This document shows, one piece after another, positions 1-7,933 of a DNA stretch of 64,000 bases; the first letter of the stretch is position 1, and each line of letters starts with the position of its first letter. Origin of the DNA: an uncultured bacterium (GTDB lineage Bacteria > Fermentibacterota > Fermentibacteria > Fermentibacterales > JCC-6); NCBI GenBank assembly GCA_964604135.1, contig CAZRXU010000001.1, forward strand, positions 16,535 through 80,534. The letters are read 5' to 3'. A program made the position numbers and the translations under genes. The notes beneath the pieces are model-generated. The model saw only the letters and a list, made by a program, of their open reading frames with translations. It did not search any database and was not told the DNA's origin.

Positions 1-24
1 GGTTTCGGCGAAGAGATGATTTAG

Positions 25-1788
25 ATGTTTTTCAAAGGTGTTCCCGCTTCACACGGTATAGCCATTGGGCCTGCTTTTCTGTTAAAAGTTGAAGAGCTGA
101 GGCACGCAAAACGATTTCTGGAATCGTTTGAGCAGGCTGAGTTTGAGGTAAAAAGATTTCAAGGTGCTGTTTCTTCCGTTCGCCATGATCTTGAAAACAT
201 TGCTGATACCATGGGGGATGTTGTAGAGGGTCGTCAGATTCTTGAATTCCTTCTGCTTCTGCTTCAGGATCCCACGATTAAAAGAGATGTTGAAAGCAGA
301 ATTCAGGATGAGCTGGTTAATGCCGAATACGCAGTAAGCGCAGCGCTGCGCTGTGTTATGGAAAAATTTGAGGTTATGGCCGATCCGTACATCCGCGAAA
401 GGATTGCAGATGTAAGAGATGTGGGTCGCAGGGTTATCGAGAAACTGACAGGTACAGAGAAGGATGTTCTCTACGAGTTGAAAGAGCCTGTGGTTCTTGT
501 GGCAAAAGATCTTGACCCGTCTGAAACCGCCGGATTGAAACCCGGGCAGATACTGGCTTTTGTTACAGATATGGGGGGAAGAACATCCCACACCACCATT
601 CTGGCCCGTGCCCTTGGCATACCTGCCGTGGTTGGTCTTCAAAGAATTACCACCGAAATTAATCCCCGTGACGTGCTCATAGTGGATGGAATACACGGGC
701 ACGTAATTGTTAATCCCACTGAAACAGAGCTTCGTTACTATGCCGGTCTCAGGAAGAAGTTTCAGAAAGCCGAGAAACTGCTTCAGGAGCAGAATCAGGA
801 GCCTGCCGTTACTGAAGACGGTGTTCGAATCGAGCTGGCGGCAAACATCGAGCTTCCATACGAGGTTGAGCTCGTGAACAAACTGGGGGCTGATGGTATA
901 GGTCTGTTCAGAACGGAGTTTCTCAGGCTTGTTCAGGAAAATGGTGAGAGCGAGGAAGACCATTTTGCCATCTATGACGAAGTGGCTTCCCGGCTGAAAC
1001 CGAAACCTGTGATAATAAGAACCTATGATTTGGGTGGAGACAAGTTCAGAACCGGTCTGAATTCCGCACCGGAAGCCAATCCCTTTCTGGGTTACCGTGC
1101 CGTAAGAATTGGTCTTGACAGACCTGAAGAGTTTTCAATTCAGCTGAGAGCTATTTTAAGAGCTTCCGTTCACGGTAACGTACGGCTGATGTTTCCAATG
1201 GTTACCCATGTGGAGCAGCTGCGCAGATTAAGATATCTGCTTGAGAAAGTAAAGGATGAATTACGCGCGGATGAAATTCCATTCGATAGCGAAATGCTTG
1301 TGGGAATAATGGTAGAGACCCCGGCAACGGTTATAGCTCTTGATCTTATGCTGCCCTACGCAGATTTTGTTTCCATTGGAACCAACGATCTCACACAGTA
1401 TTCTCTGGCGGTTGACAGGGGAAATCCCAGGGTGGCCGATCTTTACGATTCATTCCACCCGGCAGTTCTTCGTCAGATTGATACTGTGGTCAGGCAGTGC
1501 CACAGTCACGGAAAATGGGTTGGAGTGTGTGGCTCTATGGCAGGTAACCCACTGGCTGTTCCTCTGATGATCGGATTTGGGGTGGATGAGTTGAGTGTTG
1601 CACCGTCCCTCATACCTGATGTAAAGAAGATGATAGGTGTTGTTTCCACGTACGCTGCCCGTGAAATGGCTGAAAAATCCCTTTTGATTGAAACGGGCCT
1701 TGGTGTTCGGGCGCTTGTTCACTCTTACGTTATAGGAAAATATCCGGAGATTCTTCTGGATGAGAATGACTGGAAAACAGGAGGCTGA
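25..1788 (+). CDS. ptsI: Phosphoenolpyruvate-protein phosphotransferase (PTS Enzyme I)
   Basis: 587 aa ORF. PEP-utilizing enzyme phosphohistidine signature GGRTSHTTILARALGIPAVVG. N-terminal GIAIGPAFLL motif typical of EI. C-terminal TIM-barrel motifs (MVETPA, GTNDLTQY). Confidence 0.93.
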   Translation: MFFKGVPASHGIAIGPAFLLKVEELRHAKRFLESFEQAEFEVKRFQGAVSSVRHDLENIADTMGDVVEGRQILEFLLLLLQDPTIKRDVESRIQDELVNAEYAVSAALRCVMEKFEVMADPYIRERIADVRDVGRRVIEKLTGTEKDVLYELKEPVVLVAKDLDPSETAGLKPGQILAFVTDMGGRTSHTTILARALGIPAVVGLQRITTEINPRDVLIVDGIHGHVIVNPTETELRYYAGLRKKFQKAEKLLQEQNQEPAVTEDGVRIELAANIELPYEVELVNKLGADGIGLFRTEFLRLVQENGESEEDHFAIYDEVASRLKPKPVIIRTYDLGGDKFRTGLNSAPEANPFLGYRAVRIGLDRPEEFSIQLRAILRASVHGNVRLMFPMVTHVEQLRRLRYLLEKVKDELRADEIPFDSEMLVGIMVETPATVIALDLMLPYADFVSIGTNDLTQYSLAVDRGNPRVADLYDSFHPAVLRQIDTVVRQCHSHGKWVGVCGSMAGNPLAVPLMIGFGVDELSVAPSLIPDVKKMIGVVSTYAAREMAEKSLLIETGLGVRALVHSYVIGKYPEILLDENDWKTGG

Positions 1789-1793
1789 TCCAG

Positions 1794-2774
1794 ATGCACT
1801 GTATAATACCTGCCGCTGGCAAGGGAACCAGAATGAGGCCGCTTACATGGTCTCTGCCAAAACCTCTTATACCGGTTGCCGGACGACCGGTACTGGCCCA
1901 CGTGATAGATTCACTTCTCGATGCGGATGTAGACCATATCACGCTTATAACAGGCTATCTTGGAGATGCCATAGTTTCATGGGCCCGGAAGGAATATCCG
2001 GGAATAAGAATAGATTTCGCAGAACAGAAAAAACCTGATGGTCTTGCTTCTGCAGTTCTGCTGGCGGAGCCGTATGTTGAAGATGGCCCTCTGATGGTTG
2101 TTCTGGGCGATACACTTTTTTCCGCAGATCTGTCTGTTCTGCGGGGAGAAACCAGGAACATGATTGTAGCATCCCCAGTGGAAGATCCTTCAAGGTTCGG
2201 TGTGGTTGTTATGGACGGAGATGAAGTTTCAGAACTGGTGGAAAAACCCTCTGAACCTGTAAGCAATCTGGCCATAGTTGGCGTGTACTACTTCTCAGAC
2301 GGAAAAAAGATAATGCAGAGCTGCCGTTACCTGAGGCAGAAAAATATTACAACAAAAGGAGAGTACCAGCTTACAGACGCCATGCAGCTCATGCTTAAGA
2401 ACAGCGAACCATTTGGCATACTGGATATAGACGGGTGGTTTGACTGCGGTAAACCGGAGACCCTTTTAGAAACCAACCGTGTGCTTCTGGAGAGGAATGG
2501 TAGTTCCGGCTCTCCTGTTCTTGAGAATTCTGTGGTTATTGCCCCGTGCTTTTTCGGCGAAGCAACTGTTATCAGAAACTCTGTTGTGGGGCCGTGGTTT
2601 TCCGGCGGCGCTGGTGTTCAGATACAGAACTCAGTGATTACAGATACAATTGCTGGTAAGGGTTCACAGTTCAGAAATGTGATAATGAAGGAATCTGTTA
2701 CAGGGGAAAGGTCTGTTGTACAGGGCACCGCAGCCCGAATGTACACAGGTGACGATTCTTTTGCGGAGACATAG
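1794..2774 (+). CDS. Sugar-phosphate nucleotidyltransferase with C-terminal left-handed beta-helix (G1P thymidylyl/uridylyltransferase-like)
   Basis: N-terminal IIPAAGKGTRMRPLT nucleotidyltransferase motif. C-terminal hexapeptide-like repeats. 6 nt downstream of ptsI. Confidence 0.8.
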   Translation: MHCIIPAAGKGTRMRPLTWSLPKPLIPVAGRPVLAHVIDSLLDADVDHITLITGYLGDAIVSWARKEYPGIRIDFAEQKKPDGLASAVLLAEPYVEDGPLMVVLGDTLFSADLSVLRGETRNMIVASPVEDPSRFGVVVMDGDEVSELVEKPSEPVSNLAIVGVYYFSDGKKIMQSCRYLRQKNITTKGEYQLTDAMQLMLKNSEPFGILDIDGWFDCGKPETLLETNRVLLERNGSSGSPVLENSVVIAPCFFGEATVIRNSVVGPWFSGGAGVQIQNSVITDTIAGKGSQFRNVIMKESVTGERSVVQGTAARMYTGDDSFAET

Positions 2775-3786
2775 CAGGCGGATTGCTCTGTATGCATCTT
2801 CCACGGCCAACAGGGGAGGAACCGGTGTTTACACCGCAAGGTTGATTGAAGGGTTTAAGAAGGCAGGAATATCACAGGTCGTTCCAGTTGGGTTGTCTGG
2901 CTCTGGTTTCCCAGGGAAATTAATTTCGGAGCACGTGGGATTGCGCCGTGTTCTACGGAAACAGCACTTTGATCTGGCTCACCTTCCGGCGTTTGCTGGA
3001 GGGGTTCCAGGTGGTATGCCTTACGCCGTAACCGTTCACGATATGGCTTTTATGGCAGAACCCAGGTGGTTTCCTTTTCTAAAGTCACTGTACTACAGGC
3101 TTCACTTTCCCAAAGTAGCCGCAGGAGCTTCGGTTGTAATAGCAGACAGCGATTTTACTGTTTCGGAAATAAAGAAATATATGGGGCTTTCATCCACAAG
3201 AGTTTACCTTTCAGCACCTGAGAACACAGCTTCCGATGCCATGTTCAGAAAAGCATTCGGAATAGCAGGTGACTACATTCTTTCAACCAGTACAATAGAG
3301 CCCAGGAAGAATATCGATGCATTGCTTGAAGCTTGGCCGCAGATAAGGCAGGTGCACCCGAAAATGACACTGGTGGTCGCAGGCAGATGGGGTTGGGGCA
3401 AAAGAAAAACAAAAAAGGCATTGTTGAATACGCCAGGAGGCGTCAGGTGGATTGGGTCTGTGCGGGAACAGCTGCTTTCAAGTGCGTTTTCCGGTGCAGA
3501 ACTGCTTGTTTACCCTTCACTTTACGAAGGGTTCGGTTTGCCCCCTCTGGAGTCTGCTGCTTCCGGGGTTCCCTTTGTTACAGGGCCTGCGAAGACCCTT
3601 CAGGAGGTGTACGGAGCTGTGGCGGCGGCTATTTCAGGAAGAACATCTCAGTCTATTGTGGAAGCTGTTCTGAATGCTCTTGAAAAGAAGTATAACCCTG
3701 AAGATCTTCGACAGTTCGCCGGTAGATTTACATGCAGAGGTATGGCTGAGAACACATTCCAGGCTTACGGGGAGGCATTTCAGTGA
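2761..3786 (+). CDS. Glycosyltransferase family 1 (GT4-type)
   Basis: C-terminal EGFGLPPLESAASGVPFV E-x7-E-like GT4 motif. The ORF track starts at 2716 inside the upstream gene. A likely real start is a TTG near 2761 or a nearby alternative codon, so the start is uncertain. Confidence 0.75.
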   Translation: MRRHSRRIALYASSTANRGGTGVYTARLIEGFKKAGISQVVPVGLSGSGFPGKLISEHVGLRRVLRKQHFDLAHLPAFAGGVPGGMPYAVTVHDMAFMAEPRWFPFLKSLYYRLHFPKVAAGASVVIADSDFTVSEIKKYMGLSSTRVYLSAPENTASDAMFRKAFGIAGDYILSTSTIEPRKNIDALLEAWPQIRQVHPKMTLVVAGRWGWGKRKTKKALLNTPGGVRWIGSVREQLLSSAFSGAELLVYPSLYEGFGLPPLESAASGVPFVTGPAKTLQEVYGAVAAAISGRTSQSIVEAVLNALEKKYNPEDLRQFAGRFTCRGMAENTFQAYGEAFQ

Positions 3787-4850
3787 AAGTTCTTCAGGTG
3801 TATAAAGATGTTTTTCCTGAAGTTCATGGCGGCATCGAAAGGTACATTCACGATCTGTCACAGTTTCTTGTTTCCAGAGGTCACAGTGTGGAAGTTCTGG
3901 TTACAGGTGGTGGAAACAGAGAGGTGAACGGGCTGGCTGTCAAAGGTGTGTGGTCTCCTTTGCGGGTGCTTTCAAATCCTTTGGCACCGGGCTTCAGTCG
4001 GTTTCTTTCAGAAACAGGCGCAGATGTTGTTCATTTTCATCTGCCGTTGCCCACTGCCGTGCTTGCCTGGGAAGCTGTAAAAAACAAGAAACCGTATGTA
4101 GTTACCTATCACAGCGATATTGTCCGCCAGGCTTTTGTGATGCCCGTTTACGGCCCTGTTCTTAGAAGATTTCTTGCAGGGGCACACAAAGTGATTGTTT
4201 CCTCAGACAACTACACACGAACCTCGCTGTACCTGAAATACCTGCACAACACACAGACTATACCCATCGGGGCCGATCTGGAAAGGTTCAAGCCGGATGA
4301 AACGGCAGCAAAAACCTACTATCTGTTCGTGGGAAGGTTCAGAAGATACAAAGGGATTTTTGTTCTTCTGGATGCCTGGCGGATGATGGAGAACCCTCCA
4401 GATCTCATCCTGGCCGGGGGAGGCGGGCTTGTGAAGAAGGTATACGCATTTATTGAGAAACACAAACTGCCGGTTACTGTTGTAAGCGATGTTGCAGACC
4501 AAAAACTTGTTGCTCTGTACCAGGGAGCAAAAGCTCTTATTCTTCCGTCCACACAGCGCAGTGAAGCCTTTGGAATGGTGCAGGTTGAGGCAATGGCCTG
4601 TGGTACGGCGGTGATTAGCAGCAACCTTCCTACAGGTGTGTCATGGGTAAACCGTCATGGTGAAACTGGTTTGCTTTTTACCCCCGGGGATTCATCTGAT
4701 CTGTGCCGGGCTGTAGCCAGTTTCGAAGAATTGAATACCACCAGAGCCACAATGTACACTCAGGCCAGAAGAAGGGCAGAAGCTCTTTTCAACTCTGGAA
4801 CACTCCTTAAGAAGGTTGAAGAATGCCTGATAGAAGCAACCGGGATCTAA
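3783..4850 (+). CDS. Glycosyltransferase family 1 (GT4-type)
   Basis: GMVQVEAMACGTAVISS...ETGLLF GT4 C-terminal motif. 4 nt GTGA overlap with the upstream GT suggests translational coupling. Confidence 0.85.
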   Translation: MKVLQVYKDVFPEVHGGIERYIHDLSQFLVSRGHSVEVLVTGGGNREVNGLAVKGVWSPLRVLSNPLAPGFSRFLSETGADVVHFHLPLPTAVLAWEAVKNKKPYVVTYHSDIVRQAFVMPVYGPVLRRFLAGAHKVIVSSDNYTRTSLYLKYLHNTQTIPIGADLERFKPDETAAKTYYLFVGRFRRYKGIFVLLDAWRMMENPPDLILAGGGGLVKKVYAFIEKHKLPVTVVSDVADQKLVALYQGAKALILPSTQRSEAFGMVQVEAMACGTAVISSNLPTGVSWVNRHGETGLLFTPGDSSDLCRAVASFEELNTTRATMYTQARRRAEALFNSGTLLKKVEECLIEATGI

Positions 4851-5341
4851 CGGTTCTTGTGTTGTATGCCACTGCACTTGGGGTGATCGACAGCCTTATT
4901 CCAAAGCCTGTTCCGTTTATGAAACTGGGGCTTGCCAATGTTGCGGCGGTTATAGCCGTTGTAAGGTACGGGTTTATAAAAACACTGGAGTTGAATTTAC
5001 TAAGAGTTTTTGCTGTGGCCCTTATCACTGGATTGCTGGCAACGCCCACCTTCATTCTCTCGGTGGCGGGAGCTGTAACAAGTGCTGCTGCAATGGCAAC
5101 CATGAGGCTTGTTTTCAGGAACAGACTGTCTTGTGCCGGTGTGTCTATAGCTGGGGCTGTAGCATCTCTATGGATACAGCTGATTGTTGCAAGAATTGTT
5201 CTGCCGGGACTTCCGCTGCGGAATATTGTATTATTGCTCACATTGTGGGGAGTTATTTCGGGCACAGTTACAGGTCTGATTGCACAGATGGCTGTGTACA
5301 GGAGACGGAAAACTGAAGTGTTGCGCAAAGACGAGCGTTAA
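4823..5341 (+). CDS. Gx transporter family membrane protein (heptaprenyl-diphosphate-synthase-component-I-like, PF07456-like)
   Basis: Five predicted TM helices. KLGLANVAAVIAV motif resembles the Gx transporter family. Assignment is by sequence pattern only. Confidence 0.5.
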   Translation: MPDRSNRDLTVLVLYATALGVIDSLIPKPVPFMKLGLANVAAVIAVVRYGFIKTLELNLLRVFAVALITGLLATPTFILSVAGAVTSAAAMATMRLVFRNRLSCAGVSIAGAVASLWIQLIVARIVLPGLPLRNIVLLLTLWGVISGTVTGLIAQMAVYRRRKTEVLRKDER

Positions 5342-5371
5342 ATTAAGATACAGTTACAGGAAGGACAGGTT

Positions 5372-5644
5372 TTGTTAAACGGGAGATCCACAGGGTTCTG
5401 GGTTTTCATAGCTGTTGCAGGCATGATGACGGGAACGGTGTTTGGCGAGGCTGTGGGTGCCGTATTGCCAGACAATTCTGTGGCGTTGAGGCAGTTCTTC
5501 AGCGGTGGGGCCGAGTTCTCTGTGGGGCCTCTGGGCTTCGATATCTACATACTCAGGTTTCAGATTGCTGAAATCGCGGTGAAACTGAATATAATGACAT
5601 TTGCCGGTCTTCTTGCGGTGGGTGTGCTATACAAATGGTTCTGA
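5372..5644 (+). CDS. Small hypothetical membrane protein (DUF4321-like?)
   Basis: 90 aa, two hydrophobic segments, sits between the Gx transporter gene and tatA. No recognisable catalytic motif. Confidence 0.35.
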   Translation: MLNGRSTGFWVFIAVAGMMTGTVFGEAVGAVLPDNSVALRQFFSGGAEFSVGPLGFDIYILRFQIAEIAVKLNIMTFAGLLAVGVLYKWF

Positions 5645-5662
5645 CTGCACAGGAGGGTTATT

Positions 5663-5860
5663 TTGGGTCGTATTGGAACCACAGAGCTTGTGCTGATTCT
5701 TGTGGTGCTTCTTCTTCTTTTCGGGGCAAAGAGGATTCCCGACATTGCCAGGGCAGTTGGAAGATCCATGAGTCAGTTCAAGAAGGGGTTGAAAGACGTT
5801 GATATTGAGTCAGATGAAATTGGCAGGGAAGGCAAAAATAAAGAGCAGAGCGAGGAGTAA
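5663..5860 (+). CDS. tatA: Sec-independent protein translocase TatA/E
   Basis: 65 aa. N-terminal GRIGTTELVLILVVLLLLFGAKRIPDIARAVGRS is the canonical TatA TM helix plus amphipathic helix. Apparent TTG start. Confidence 0.85.
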   Translation: MGRIGTTELVLILVVLLLLFGAKRIPDIARAVGRSMSQFKKGLKDVDIESDEIGREGKNKEQSEE

Positions 5861-5866
5861 CACTTT

Positions 5867-6469
5867 ATGGCAACTGTGAGCTACAGCGCTAAGGAAATTG
5901 ACTGCAAGATTGTGTATGCAGGCCCGGGGTTGTCAGGGAAAACAACAAATGTGAAGTATATCCACGGTCAGGTTGCTTCTGATTCAAGAGGAAAGCTGAT
6001 TTCTCTTGCCGCTGGCAACGACAGAACTCTGTTCTTTGATTTCCTCCCGCTTGATTCCGGTGAGATCAACGGTTTCAAAATCCGCCTTCACCTCTACAGT
6101 GTTCCTGGTCAGGCCATGTATTCAGACAGTCGCCGCCTGATTCTTCAGGGAGTTGACGGTATTGTTTTTGTTGCGGACTCCCAGGCATCAAGAATGGATG
6201 CTAATATTGCAAGTCTCCGGGATTTGAAAGAGAATCTCCGCAATCAGAGGAGGAAGGGTGTTAGTCTTGTTCTGCAGTGCAACAAGAGAGACTTGCACGA
6301 TGCCATACCGGTGGATGAGATTGTTCGTGAACTGGGGTTGTCTCGTGTTGCGTGTCTTGAATCTGTAGCATCTGAGGGCAAAGGCGTTTTTGAAACCCTG
6401 CGCAGGGTGAGCCGGATGGTAATAGCAAGGTTGCACAGACAATTTGAAATACTGGAGGGAAGAGCCTGA
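5867..6469 (+). CDS. mglA: MglA-family Ras-like small GTPase (paralog 1)
   Basis: P-loop YAGPGLSGKTTN. Switch I RTLFFDFLPL with conserved Arg and Thr. Switch II SVPGQ (catalytic Gln). NKRD G4 motif. Near-collinear with Myxococcus MglA. Confidence 0.9.
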   Translation: MATVSYSAKEIDCKIVYAGPGLSGKTTNVKYIHGQVASDSRGKLISLAAGNDRTLFFDFLPLDSGEINGFKIRLHLYSVPGQAMYSDSRRLILQGVDGIVFVADSQASRMDANIASLRDLKENLRNQRRKGVSLVLQCNKRDLHDAIPVDEIVRELGLSRVACLESVASEGKGVFETLRRVSRMVIARLHRQFEILEGRA

Positions 6470-7899
6470 TGTCTGATTCTTTCGTTGATCTGCTGCTTGT
6501 GAGGCTGGGAAGGGAAGAAGAGAAGAAGAAAGTACTGAAGCTTCTTATAACAACTCTTGATCTTTCCGTGACAGAGGCTGAAAATGCGGTGAACAATTCG
6601 CCGTCCGTGATAAAAGAAGCTGTTCCTATGAATGAAGCCAGGGTTATACAGAAAGACCTCTATCCCTACATCGATCTGCTCCCGCGTCTTGAGGACGAGA
6701 CCGGCACTGATGAAGAACAACTGTCTGAAGTTGTTCTGGATTCTTCAGGAGGAACAGTTGAACCAGGTGAAACCGAGGTTGAACTTGAAGCTGAAACAGC
6801 AGATATACAGGATGATATACAGTATGATATGCAGGAAGAGATAGTTCAGCAAACTGTAGATGAAGAACCAATCGTTATTACTTCAGCGAGCGAGGAAATA
6901 CTCTCTACGGTAAGGTGTCACATCTGCGGAAGAACACCCACAGACGGCGAAAGACTTGCGCCGTGCAGAACCTGTGGAGAGCTAACCTGCAGAGACTGTT
7001 TCGACAGAGTAGCTCACGTATGCAGCCATTGTGCCAGTGACGGAAAGTCTATAGACAGACCAAACAAGGGTGTCAGTGAAGAAAAGAGGGATGGGCTGGA
7101 GTTTGATTCGGAAGAGCCTGCCAGTGGGGAAGCAGATGCCGGATCAACAGTTTTAAAAACAGTTGTTGCTGTTTTCCTGGTACTTGCTCTGGCCGCCGTG
7201 TTTTATTTCATTGATCCGTTGAACCTGTTCACAGAGGTTGCCGGGGATTCCACATCTCAAACTGGGCTGGCTTCTGCCGACACATCCGATACGGCAGGTC
7301 AGGATTCTGTAGGTACGGAAAGTACGGTATCGCTGGACTCGGCGGTTGTTGAAGAAGATACACTGGCGGTAATAGGTGATTCTTCTGCTGTTGAAGACTT
7401 TTACGGTCTGCAGTTTATCACCCTGCCGGACAGTTGTGTTCCAGCGGAGAATCCACTGTCTATCAGTTACCATACAAGAGCTCCCAGGGAAACAGGCGCG
7501 GATATTCCCGCAGAAGGCAGCGAGACAGTGTTCAGAGAGCTGGAACTGCTGGCTTCGGCAATTCCTGTAGTAATAGACGATGGAGCATTTCTGGTTTACG
7601 ATGATTCTACATCAGTTTTAGTCATGGTAATTCTTCATCCGGAAGAAACAGAGGTAAGAATTCGTCTCATGAGAGATGCAGCTGTCATGCTGGAGCGTAC
7701 AAATATTGACCAGCTGGTACTTATCTACAGAGAAAACCGGTATCAGGAGGTTGTTCTGTACAGCTTGGTGCACGAGACTTTCTCTGAGGTGGAGGGTGTT
7801 CTCAGTCCAAGACAGTTTCAGGGCATAATGGGCTACACAGAGAGTTGCTGGGAGTTTGTCAGCGGTCCTGTGGTCTTGTGGCTTTCCGCCATGGAATAA
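6469..7899 (+). CDS. MglA-coupled hypothetical protein: N-terminal ribosomal L7/L12 C-terminal-domain-like fold, acidic linker, 4-Cys zinc ribbon, single TM helix, C-terminal domain
   Basis: ATG overlaps the mglA stop by 1 nt (TGATG). Residues ~20-70 (KVLKLLITTLDLSVTEAENAVNNSPSVIKEAVPMNEARVIQKDL) follow the L7/L12 CTD pattern. D/E-rich linker. CHICG...CRTCG...CRDC...CSHC zinc-ribbon. TM helix VVAVFLVLALAAVFYFI. No obvious roadblock/LC7 domain. Confidence 0.7.
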   Translation: MSDSFVDLLLVRLGREEEKKKVLKLLITTLDLSVTEAENAVNNSPSVIKEAVPMNEARVIQKDLYPYIDLLPRLEDETGTDEEQLSEVVLDSSGGTVEPGETEVELEAETADIQDDIQYDMQEEIVQQTVDEEPIVITSASEEILSTVRCHICGRTPTDGERLAPCRTCGELTCRDCFDRVAHVCSHCASDGKSIDRPNKGVSEEKRDGLEFDSEEPASGEADAGSTVLKTVVAVFLVLALAAVFYFIDPLNLFTEVAGDSTSQTGLASADTSDTAGQDSVGTESTVSLDSAVVEEDTLAVIGDSSAVEDFYGLQFITLPDSCVPAENPLSISYHTRAPRETGADIPAEGSETVFRELELLASAIPVVIDDGAFLVYDDSTSVLVMVILHPEETEVRIRLMRDAAVMLERTNIDQLVLIYRENRYQEVVLYSLVHETFSEVEGVLSPRQFQGIMGYTESCWEFVSGPVVLWLSAME

Positions 7900-7933
7900 T
7901 CGTTCTTACAAGAAAATCAGGAGTTTTGTATCC

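Noticed and set aside
82-963. 293 aa minus-strand ORF
   Set aside because: It lies entirely antisense within ptsI, which has strong family signatures. The same reasoning applies to other long antisense ORFs, e.g. 4807-5328, 19200-19790 and 57916-58797.
7400-7899. C-terminal domain of the MglA-1 partner as a roadblock/LC7 (MglB) domain
   Set aside because: Only vague alternating hydrophobic similarity. It lies beyond a TM helix and so is probably on the opposite side of the membrane from MglA. Not claimed without profile evidence.
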